This document shows, piece by piece, positions 1 to 8,548 of a DNA stretch of 20,000 nt (within the stretch, counting starts at the first letter, position 1; each line of letters starts with the position of its first letter). The position numbers and the translations under genes are program-made. The notes beneath the pieces were generated by a model. It made no database searches and was not told the origin of the DNA. It worked only from the letters and a program-made list of their open reading frames with translations. Origin of the DNA: Folioceros fuciformis (Eukaryota); contig JBNGIO010006112.1 of the NCBI GenBank assembly GCA_049999805.1, forward strand, positions 164,944 to 184,943, read 5' to 3'.

Positions 1-467
1 GCTACTTTAGGGTTACAAACCGTTATTTGTATATAACTCTTTTTGCTCCATTATTGAAGATGTTTTTTGCCTTATTATCAACTACTTGCCTTTGCATGCT
101 AGTTTACTTAGCTAGGTGCAAGAGGCCTATTATTTACATAGGTGACTGTGCACTCATTTTTGGACACCATTGCGAAAGCTCAAGGCATCGACCAGGAGCC
201 CAGGAGCTAACATGGGCTCCCAATTAGATGCTTGGTAGATGGGATTCTACATATTGAAATGCCTTGACTCGCTGTTGCCGTGGGAAGTCCATCCTTGGGG
301 CAGAATTTGCCCGAAAGGACGGTAGCTTTATGGCTGATCCATCGGTGGAAAATTAGGCTACCGTCTCTAACCCCTCGCAACTCTAGGTGTTCAACGTGCA
401 GAATAGCAAGTTGATATCAATTTTCGATTGGCTTTGAGGAGCAAATCCGATTGTGGTCTCTTTCCCG

Positions 468-1055
468 AAAGGGCAGCCCTTGGTACTTATGCGAGGAACC
501 ACCTTGGATCCTCCTTATGTGCCTAATGCACTCAAAGAGCTCCCTCACTACATTAAGACACAACATATGGGTCTTCCCCCAATTAACCTTGCAACCCAAT
601 AACTAACCAAATACTTGGATTTGTCGAAGTAATGCTTTCACGGAAGGATCTGAAGTGGATGAGAAGAGTAAAGTGTCATTCACAAAGGCCAAGATCCGTA
701 ACTTTGACCCATCCAAAGCCTTTATTCCTTCAATAGTCGGCACTATTTAACAACTCACAGAAAATACTATCTATGCAAGATGTTATAGCTGTCATTGACT
801 ATTATAGTCAATGACGATAAGAAAGAGAAAGGGGGCCAAAGAGCATCCTTGTTAGACCGACCTAATGATGCCAAAACTCTCTATAAATAAGCCATTGACT
901 TTTGCCCTTGCTCTTCGCACATAATAGCCACCTCGAAGGCACCTCAAAAGGAAGTGCCATTCTACCAAATCATAAGCCTTTTAACAATCCAAAGAGATGT
1001 AAAAGATACTTAAAGTTACTCAACGATATTTCAAGTGAGCCCACTGGGGAGGCAT
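468..1055 (-). mobile_element. Degenerate L1-clade LINE (non-LTR retrotransposon) reverse transcriptase remnant
   Basis: Manual minus-strand translation gives the RT motifs in the correct order, with stops: SLDC*KAYDLVEWHFLL (KAYD at 969-980), AKVNGLFIESFGIIRSV*QGCSLAPFLFLIV (~810-910), IEGIK...LAFVNDTLLF (decayed FADD box, 675-686) and LGCKVNWGKT...KYQGLPF (468-599). These match the plant LINE RT consensus LDFEKAYD / VNG..RQGCPLAP.LF / FADD / GxKINxxKS..KYLGxP. Confidence 0.85.
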
Positions 1056-1222
1056 CACCCGGCAAATTTGGTAGATCCCCAACACCTGGCAAATGTGGTA
1101 GATCCCCAACACCTGGCAAATGTGGTAGATCCCCAACACCNNNNNNNNNNTGTGGTAGATCCCCAACACCTGGCAAATGTGGTAGATCCCCAACACCCCA
1201 CAAATGTGGTAGATCCCTAACA
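1056..1222. repeat. 27-bp tandem minisatellite (TGTGGTAGATCCCCAACACCTGGCAAA)n, collapsed at a 10-N gap
   Basis: About 6 visible near-identical units. The N run at 1141-1150 lies inside the array, so true copy number is unknown. The unit length is a multiple of 3, which explains the repetitive spurious ORFs on both strands. Confidence 0.95.
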
Positions 1223-1591
1223 TTGGACAATAGAGAGGATTCAATACAAAAACATTAAAAAGAAGGTTGTTTTATGTCGTACTATCCATAGTGACACAAT
1301 CATTTTCCCAATCTCTTAATGATATTGAAGAGAAGAGAGACATGTATCATACTAAGAGCATGAAATTTGGATAGAAGGAAGCATGAAGAGTTATCGTAGT
1401 GCAACAAAGCCCTTGTTCGTATGATGATTAATACAATATAAGTTAATAAAGATATTAGGCTTGGTTTTGTCACAACTCTACAAAAAAAATTGGAGATGGC
1501 CTTCACAAGCTTGGTAATAAAATGTAATATTTTGGTTGTAGGCTCTAAAATGAAAATAATTTTCATGTAAAACTTGACGACTTGTTGAATT

Positions 1592-1744
1592 AAGCCATGT
1601 GTACTTATTAGAAAGCTCTCGTCAAGAGTTATATGATGATATCAACTTTTATATAATAGCAAACGTTTAGAAATCAGTACTATCTTCCTCCATATGAAAC
1701 CAAATTGAAGCTATGTGTACTTGTTGGAAAGACCTCGTCAAGAG
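1592..1744. repeat. Diverged 37-bp direct repeat pair (1592-1628 and 1708-1744)
   Basis: aagccatgtgtacttattagaaagctctcgtcaagag vs aagctatgtgtacttgttggaaagacctcgtcaagag: 32/37 identical, 116-bp offset. Confidence 0.7.
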
Positions 1745-2148
1745 CTACAACATGGCATAATAACATGCAGCGTGGAAAACGTGTTTGGAATGTCATAATC
1801 TCCATATGGTACAATTGTTATAAAATTTGCGTACAAATGAAGTGGCCATGGTTTAATATAATACAAGCCTACCCTTCTCTTAGGCTTATGGTAAAATCAA
1901 GCTGCTGTGCATACCAATACCTTTGCCCATGAATAATGGAGAGAAGGGCAAAGGAGACATGGCCCCCTGTCCATGCCTCCTTTTTCCTTGTATCTATTGT
2001 TCACGGGCAAAGAAATGGAAAAGGCTTATCAAGGAATGTGTGAAAGAGTATTATCCACACAAGAATCATGTTCTCCCCCTTTCTTCGGCAGGGGTAATGT
2101 TGTCCATCTATCCCTCTTCAAAGGGTGTTGGCCACTATAATTTTTGGG

Positions 2149-2496
2149 ACAGTAGCACTATTCTCTACAGAAGCATAGTACATGGCAACCTTAGCTGCAA
2201 CAGTGGAAGCCATATGGCTTCGTAGATTGCTCGAAGAGATGGGATTCAAGCAGAAGGGAGCGACCCTCATCTTCAATGACAATCAAAGCTGCATTCATTT
2301 GGCCAAGAATGCTATCTTTCATGCAAGGACGAAACACATTGAAGTTAAGCATCATTTCATTAGGGAGAAAGTCCAATCTAAAGAAATAGAATTAGCGTAC
2401 TGTCCTACAAAGAACATGCTAGCTGATGTTCTTACCAAAGGTCTAGCCTTAGAGAACCATATGAAGTTTAGCAAGATGTTAGGGTTAATTGAGTAA
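2149..2496 (+). mobile_element. Ty1/Copia retrotransposon pol 3' end (RNase H domain), 5'-truncated, one in-frame stop
   Basis: TVALFSTEA*YMATLAATVEAIWLRRLLEEMG...NDNQSCIHLAKNAIFHARTKHIEVKHHFIRE...MLADVLTKGL matches the Copia RNase H consensus (VALSSTEAEY..., DNQSAI.LA.NP..H.RTKHID, ADILTK.L). Internal TAG at 2176-2178. Confidence 0.95.
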
Positions 2497-2524
2497 GATT
2501 TATAGTTTAGATTGTCGATGTGTT

Positions 2525-2717
2525 GAGTGGGAGTGTTAGAAATCCATAGGGTTTTGTAACAACATCTAGACTAGAATGCTGTAAGTATATCCCAGGATAT
2601 ATAGGATAATACCATGTTCGAGATATTGTCATGCTTGAAGGCTATATATATATGTACATGCTATCAATCTATATGTACTAAAACAGAAATTGATTTGAGG
2701 ACTCACTGTTTTTAACA
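2525..2717 (+). mobile_element. Copia polypurine tract (2525-2533) and putative short 3' LTR (2534-2717)
   Basis: GAGTGGGAG is immediately followed by TGTTAG, 37 bp after the pol stop. A candidate end TAACA (inverted complement of TGTTA) lies at 2713-2717, and there is a TATA-rich core at ~2643-2653. The right boundary is uncertain because it overlaps the pogo TIR. Confidence 0.65.
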
Positions 2718-3776
2718 GTTATACCTCTATAAATGTTACATGTTTGGGTACTCCCTAGTTAGGGAGTAAGCCTAAATGTTAGTTTTCTATAAATGTTATA
2801 TGTTACTTGTTTCATGAAAATAGGCACTCTCGACCACTATAGTCCAATTCTATAAATGTTATTTTAATATATATATATATAATACTTAAAATAACATGAA
2901 TAATATAGATATCTAACTTATCCAATCACAATGCGGTAAAAAAGCTTGGCGTATCGATGTTAAAGAGAAAATCATTAGAAATTAGTAGAAACACTCTGGG
3001 TTATGGCAGGAGAGAGTAAGTGGAAGTGTGTCGAATATAGACTTGAATCAACTTAATTTTGAGACATGGAATGTTGACAGTGACGATGAATAACAGTAAG
3101 TTAACCAAGCAACATGTGAAGATTTGTTCAATAGAGATTACATAGAAATAGAAATGCTTCTTTGTTAAAAGAGGGATTTGGGACTTGAAACAACATGATT
3201 GACCCTTACTATGTCTTCACAAGAATTTGTTGATTATGAGGTGACAAATGCATGTGCTATCTTTTCTACTCCACATGCAAATGATACATGGGCTTTTGTT
3301 CAACCTCCACCTGCAAATGAAGTTGTTGTGATACATGGGCTTCTGTTCAATCTCCACCTACAAATGAAGTTGTCGATGTTGAGAATTCTTATGCGAGGCT
3401 TATTTTAGGTCGTGCCCAAGTGGAAGATGCACTTGGGGTGATAAGAATTTGTAACAAATTAAAAAAGAAGTTTTAAAGCAGGTTAGGTCCTCTTTTGAAA
3501 CAAGTAGAAATAACCCATTTTTTGAGGTCAATTTGAAGTTCATTTCTTATTTTTATTTATTATAAAGCTATAATAGTATTAAGTATTATAATGTTTATTA
3601 TATATGTAATAAAAAAATAAATAATCATATATAAAATATATTTCATAATTTCTATATTTTAAATAAATTTAAATATTTTATTTTTGATAAATACTTGAAT
3701 TCTCTAATTGTTACACCTCCCCAAATGTTACCCAATGCCCTATTCCCAACAGGTAACATTTAGGGAGGGTGGACTG
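2716..3776 (+). mobile_element. Non-autonomous (internally deleted) pogo-like Tc1/mariner DNA transposon, ~1.06 kb
   Basis: Left TIR CAGTTATACCTCTATAAATGTTAC (2716-2739) vs reverse complement of the right end CAGTCCACCCTCCCTAAATGTTAC (3753-3776): 18/24 identical. TA follows the right end (3777-3778). Subterminal AAATGTTA repeats occur near both ends. The internal decayed peptide KKAWRIDVKEKIIRN**KHSGLW (2938-3006) resembles the pogo transposase C-terminal AW..V...I.NCW.H.G motif. Confidence 0.65.
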
Positions 3777-3856
3777 TACACTCTCCTCCTCCCCCCCTTT
3801 CGGTCTTTGGCTTGTCTTGGGGTACCCATGGTCACCATTATTGTCGTCGATGGCAA

Positions 3857-3956
3857 NNNNNNNNNNNNNNNNNNNNNNNNNNNNNNNNNNNNNNNNNNNN
3901 NNNNNNNNNNNNNNNNNNNNNNNNNNNNNNNNNNNNNNNNNNNNNNNNNNNNNNNN
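3857..3956. other. Assembly/scaffold gap (100 N)
   Basis: Exactly 100 N, the usual placeholder for a gap of unknown size. Contiguity of the left and right parts is not guaranteed. Confidence 0.99.
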
Positions 3957-5188
3957 ATCCGTGATCAGGGCCAACACCTAGTCAGTAATTTCCGTTATTA
4001 CGTCGTATTTTTAACAGAAATCTTCCGCAATTATGGCTGGAGTTGAAAAGTGAAGCACAGATCCCTGGATGGCTCCAGGATCAGCGAGACTCTAGCATCT
4101 GACCTGCATGTGTATGAGTTTCCAGATGTTCACAAGAATGAGATTCCTTCGTGGCTGGCCCTCACTGCCCATCCTCCAATTGCTGCAGGCGACTTAGCAG
4201 CCACGAGATCTTCCATCCCTCTTCTGGGCTCAGAAATAATTAAAAGAGAGGCTTGTTGGTGGGCGGGATGCCTGTGTTCCTAGCGCGAGGTGCTAGACAA
4301 CCGAGTGCTCGGAGTTTCGAGGGAGGCTATGGGAGCTGAAATTGCATAGTTTGGTGCCGGCCCTTCCACAACTGTCTCAGCTAATCGGCTCAATGAGCAA
4401 AGCCATGTGAACAGGTTGGTGAATGCTGAGCAGGAGCGCTCGGTGGATGCTCTTCTTTTCCTTCTTCTTCACCGTCCTAGTCGACCAAATATTACTAGGC
4501 TGGACAGGCAAATTTGAGAAACGTGATTGATTAACATACCCAATGCTTGCTTTTCTCACAAATTCTAATGCGTGCAGTTTGCTGCAAACGATCCTCTTCT
4601 GGACCATCTGAATTACTGTCCGCCCTCACTCTCTGAATTGAAGGGCCTTTCACTCTGTTGAGGCACTCACAAAGGCAGGCGAAGGATTCACAGGAGAGTG
4701 ATATGCTTTCAGGGGATCACATGCAACAGTCCCTTCCTCGTGACGAAGGGTTTCCTGGGCCAGTATTCCTTGCTGGAGATTTCCTGCGTCGGGGCATTTC
4801 GCATTCCACAAATGTTTCAGAGTGGGGACAGCAATGTCCTTTTGCTCAACAGCACTGGGAACCCCTGATCCGTGGGCCTGCTGTCAGGGCCATCCATATC
4901 ACCAGATCGAGGAAACACGTCTTGCATGCACAACGGGGTACGACCCACACTTTCGTTTGATGATGAGAACATGGCTGTGATGGCCCAGAACCAGATCCTT
5001 CGTGAACCATCAACTTACTTCTGCTTACAGGGTGTGTTCACGGTTTCAGCTGTCCTGCAGCGACAATGACTTCCACCCTGCAGGCACACCATGGGTGCTT
5101 TGGCCACTAAACTATCGTATCAGCATGGCCATCGGAGGGCATATGTTGCTGCGAGCTTGTTGCCTGTAATTTGCTTGCACCTCCGCAG

Positions 5189-5318
5189 GCCATGGCTGTG
5201 TGGAGGTTGACATATGGTGTCAACCTCCACACATGGCACATATGTTGACATATGTTGACTCACACTTCGCCATATGTCAACCTCCATATGGCACATATGG
5301 CACATATGTCAACATGTG
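5189..5318. repeat. Palindromic micro-repeat cluster (CATATG / GTTGACA / TGTCAAC units) with a perfect 16-bp hairpin
   Basis: TGTGTGGAGGTTGACA (5197-5212) and TGTCAACCTCCACACA (5218-5233) are exact reverse complements with a 5-nt loop. Several further CATATG and TGTCAAC/GTTGACA units follow up to ~5318. Confidence 0.8.
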
Positions 5319-5386
5319 GTGGTCTTGGCAGACCTCCTGCTCAGCTCACTTGGAGAGATGATCGTCATTGTGGAAGGTTCTAATCA

Positions 5387-8300
5387 ATGAAGGTGCGAGG
5401 AGTAGCAAATTTTAAAAGACACCAGCTCGTCACGACCTGCCAGAGAGGGTCACGATCATCCCTGCCCGGTCATGATGGCAGGTCTGCAGGGCCGGAAACG
5501 GTTGTGACAACGGGCAGTGTGACCAAGCTCTGTCATCAGGGGCATGTTACTCAGTCTGTGGAGGCTTTAGGGGTTCTTGTGCAGACAGAATGTTGTGTTT
5601 CCATATCTCTCTTGCAGACTGTCCTCAAAAAATGTTCAGTCAAGAAAGATCTTTCTCTGAGTCGTCGTGTGCATGCTTTCACGGTGAGAAACGGGTATCA
5701 GTCGGATACGTTCCTGGGCAACCACATCCTGCGAATGTACGCTTCTCATGGCAGGTTACAAGAAGCGATGGATGTGTTTACCGCCGTTGGCAAACCAGAT
5801 GCCTTCATGTGGTCTTCCATAATCTCTGCACATAGTAGACAAGGGCAACACAAGCAGGCCGTAAAACTTTATCATCAAATGCGCAAGTCCATTGCCAATC
5901 CAGATGGCCATGTATTTGTGGCAGCACTTCAAGCTTGTGCTAAGGAAGGAGACTTACAAAGTGGACAGCAGGTGCATGCCGATTTATTGGCCAGTGGCGT
6001 TAAGCCTGGCTACTTTGTCTCTAGCTCCTTGGTGGACATGTATGCGAAGTGTGGCAGCTTGGAAGATGCTCGAACAGTGTTTGAAGGACTTCCTGCAAAG
6101 AATGTAGTCACGTGGAATGCCATGATAGCTGGTTACTCCCAGCAGGGCTTGGGCAGGGAAGCCCTTTGTCTCTACAGGGCAATGCAAGAGGGAGGCATGG
6201 TTGCACCCGATGATGTGACCTTTGTGTGCGTCCTACTTGCATGTGCAAGTGTGGGCACCCCGGCTTTGGAGCAAGGGAAGGAGCTCCATGCACATATAAG
6301 AGGACGAGAGCATGAAGCTGATGTCTTTGTAGGCAACAGTCTGGTGAACATGTATGCAAAGTGTGGCAGCTTGGTAGACGCTCGAGTAGTCTTCCAGGGA
6401 CTTAGCCAAAAAAATGTGGTGACCTGGAATGCTATGATCACAGGATATTTCCAGGAGGGCATGGGCAGGGGAGCCATCACCCTTTACCGCAGAATGCAAG
6501 AAGAAGGCCTGGCGGCACCTGATTACGTGACGTTTGTGTGTCTCCTGCAGGCATGTGCCAGAGTGGGCACCACAGCCCTGGAGACTGGGAGGCAGCTTCA
6601 TGCACACATTAGAGAAGAAGGGCATGAGGCCAACGTGATTATATGCAAGAGTTTGGTAGACATGTATGCCAAGTGTGGCAGCTTGGAAGACGCCCAAAGA
6701 ATGTTCAACAGACTTGCTCGAAAAGACGTGGTGACATGGAATGCCATTATTGCAGGGTATTGCCAGCAGGGCATGGGCCAGAAAGCCCTTTGTCTTTACA
6801 GCTCTATGGAAGATGACGGCAAGGTTGCTCCCAATTCCATGACTTTTGTGTGCCTCCTGCAGGCATGTGGAAGTTTGGGGACCTCGGCACTGGAGAAGGG
6901 GGCAAAAGTTCATGCTCAAATTACAAACCGAGGACATCAGACTGATCTATTTGTAAGCAAAAACCTGGTAGACATGTATGTAAAGTGTGGCAGCTTAGAA
7001 AACGCTAGAAGAGTGTTTGACAAAATCAGCCAGAAAGATGTGGGGACTTGGAATGTCATGATAGCAGGCTATTCCCGGCAGGGCTTGGGACAGGAAGCAC
7101 TTTCTCTTTACAGCACTATGCAAGAAGAAGGTATGGCTACACCAGATCCAAAGACGTTCGTGTTCCTCCTCCACGCATGTGCCAGTGTGGGTAACTGGTC
7201 TTTGGAGACGGGGAAGCAGCTTCATGCACAAATTAGAGAACAAGGGCATTTAGACGATGAGTTTGTGGCCAGCAGTCTGATAGCCATGTATACGAAGTGT
7301 GGCAGCTTGGAAGATGCGCGCAGAGTGTTTGATGGGCTCGGTCACAAAAATGTAGTGACATGGAATGCCATGATAGGAGGGTATTCCCAACAGGGTATGG
7401 GGCAAGAAGCCCTTCGTCTTTACGGCAATATGCAAGACGAGGGCATCGCGTCACCCGATTCTGTGACATTTTTGTGCCTTCTGCAGGCATGTACAAGTGT
7501 GGGCACCCCAGCTTTGGAGCAAGGGAAGGAAGTTCACGCACGGACCAGAGAACAAGGGCTTCAAGGCGATGTAGTCCTAGCCAGCAGTTTGGTAACTATG
7601 TATGCGAAGTGTGGCAGCTTGGAAAACGCACACAGGGTGTTTGACAGGCTTGGTAGGAAGGATGTTGTGGCATGGAATAGTATGATAGCAGGGTACTCCC
7701 GGCAAGGCACAGTCCAGGAAGCTTTTCGTCTCTACAATGCGATGCAAGAAGATGGCAAGGTGGCACCTGATGCTGTGACATTTGTGTGCCTCCTGCAGGC
7801 ATGCGCAGATGTGCAAGCTTTGCATTTGGGAAGGCAGCTACATGCACAGATTCAAGAACAACGGCTTCAAGCCGATATATATGTAGCCAACAGTTTGATA
7901 AACATGTACGGGAAGTCTGGGAGCATGCTTGATGCACAGCAGGTGTTCGAGGCATTGCCGGAAAGAGACTGTGTCACTTGGAATGAACTCATTGCAGGAT
8001 ACAGCCGACAAGGAGACAGTGCCGTGGTCTTTGACTTGGTCCGGAGAATGAGAGAAGAAGGCTTAAAGGCAGACGGTATTACGTTTCTTCATGTTCTAAC
8101 AGTGTGCAGTCACGCGGGTCTAGTAGACCAGGGGAGACAGTACTTTGAGGCCATGAGAGACCACTATAGCATCACTCCCACGGAGGAGCACTACACCTGC
8201 ATGGTAGATCTCCTGGGTCGTGCAGGCCGGCTTGACGAGTCATTAGCTCTGGTAGGTAACATACCTGTGCCACCGACTGCTGCAGTTTGGCACACTCTTC

Positions 8301-8548
8301 TGGGTGCTTGCCGAAAGTGGAACAACGTGATGCTTGCACAGCATGCTTTCCATGAAGCAGTGAAGCTTGACAAGCAGGATGCAGCCGCATATGTGCTGAT
8401 GTCGAACATATACATCGAAGCACACATGTGGGAGCAGGCACAAGAGATGCAGGTGAGGCGACTAGGAATTAAAGCTTGGAAGCAGCCAGGCCAGAGCTGG
8501 TGGACAGACCTGGACGGAATGGTGCACACTTTTCTGGTGGAACCTTGA
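5387..8548 (+). CDS. PLS-class pentatricopeptide repeat protein (organellar RNA-editing factor type), ~26 P/L/S motifs + E1 + E2 + truncated WW-type PG box; 1053 aa, intronless
   Basis: Long ORF with an in-frame stop just upstream of the ATG. The N-terminus is R/S-rich and acid-poor, like a transit peptide. Repeated S (SLVDMYAKCGSLEDAR.VF), P (VVTWNAMIAGYSQQG) and L (VTFVCLLQACA) motifs are followed by terminal P2-L2-S2 (ITFLHVLTVCSHAGLVDQG...HYTCMVDLLGRAG), E1 (VWHTLLGACR), E2 (AAAYVLMSNIY) and PGQSWWTDLDGMVHTFLVEP*. Confidence 0.96.
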   Translation: MKVRGVANFKRHQLVTTCQRGSRSSLPGHDGRSAGPETVVTTGSVTKLCHQGHVTQSVEALGVLVQTECCVSISLLQTVLKKCSVKKDLSLSRRVHAFTVRNGYQSDTFLGNHILRMYASHGRLQEAMDVFTAVGKPDAFMWSSIISAHSRQGQHKQAVKLYHQMRKSIANPDGHVFVAALQACAKEGDLQSGQQVHADLLASGVKPGYFVSSSLVDMYAKCGSLEDARTVFEGLPAKNVVTWNAMIAGYSQQGLGREALCLYRAMQEGGMVAPDDVTFVCVLLACASVGTPALEQGKELHAHIRGREHEADVFVGNSLVNMYAKCGSLVDARVVFQGLSQKNVVTWNAMITGYFQEGMGRGAITLYRRMQEEGLAAPDYVTFVCLLQACARVGTTALETGRQLHAHIREEGHEANVIICKSLVDMYAKCGSLEDAQRMFNRLARKDVVTWNAIIAGYCQQGMGQKALCLYSSMEDDGKVAPNSMTFVCLLQACGSLGTSALEKGAKVHAQITNRGHQTDLFVSKNLVDMYVKCGSLENARRVFDKISQKDVGTWNVMIAGYSRQGLGQEALSLYSTMQEEGMATPDPKTFVFLLHACASVGNWSLETGKQLHAQIREQGHLDDEFVASSLIAMYTKCGSLEDARRVFDGLGHKNVVTWNAMIGGYSQQGMGQEALRLYGNMQDEGIASPDSVTFLCLLQACTSVGTPALEQGKEVHARTREQGLQGDVVLASSLVTMYAKCGSLENAHRVFDRLGRKDVVAWNSMIAGYSRQGTVQEAFRLYNAMQEDGKVAPDAVTFVCLLQACADVQALHLGRQLHAQIQEQRLQADIYVANSLINMYGKSGSMLDAQQVFEALPERDCVTWNELIAGYSRQGDSAVVFDLVRRMREEGLKADGITFLHVLTVCSHAGLVDQGRQYFEAMRDHYSITPTEEHYTCMVDLLGRAGRLDESLALVGNIPVPPTAAVWHTLLGACRKWNNVMLAQHAFHEAVKLDKQDAAAYVLMSNIYIEAHMWEQAQEMQVRRLGIKAWKQPGQSWWTDLDGMVHTFLVEP

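Noticed and set aside
1056..1222. 27-bp repeat array as a CRISPR array or repeat-protein gene (ORFs 902-1258, 970-1230, 1020-1244, 1035-1220)
   Set aside because: Units are head-to-tail with no unique spacers, the context is eukaryotic, and the frames are open only because the stop-poor unit length is divisible by 3.
3708..4046. ORFs spanning the 100-N gap
   Set aside because: Artefacts of translating through N; the flanks may not be adjacent.
4050..5069. Short ORFs upstream of the PPR gene (4050-4283, 4658-4960, 4872-5069) as extra coding exons
   Set aside because: No recognisable domain, and the PPR ATG is preceded by an in-frame stop (5381-5383). More likely promoter, 5' UTR or intron sequence.
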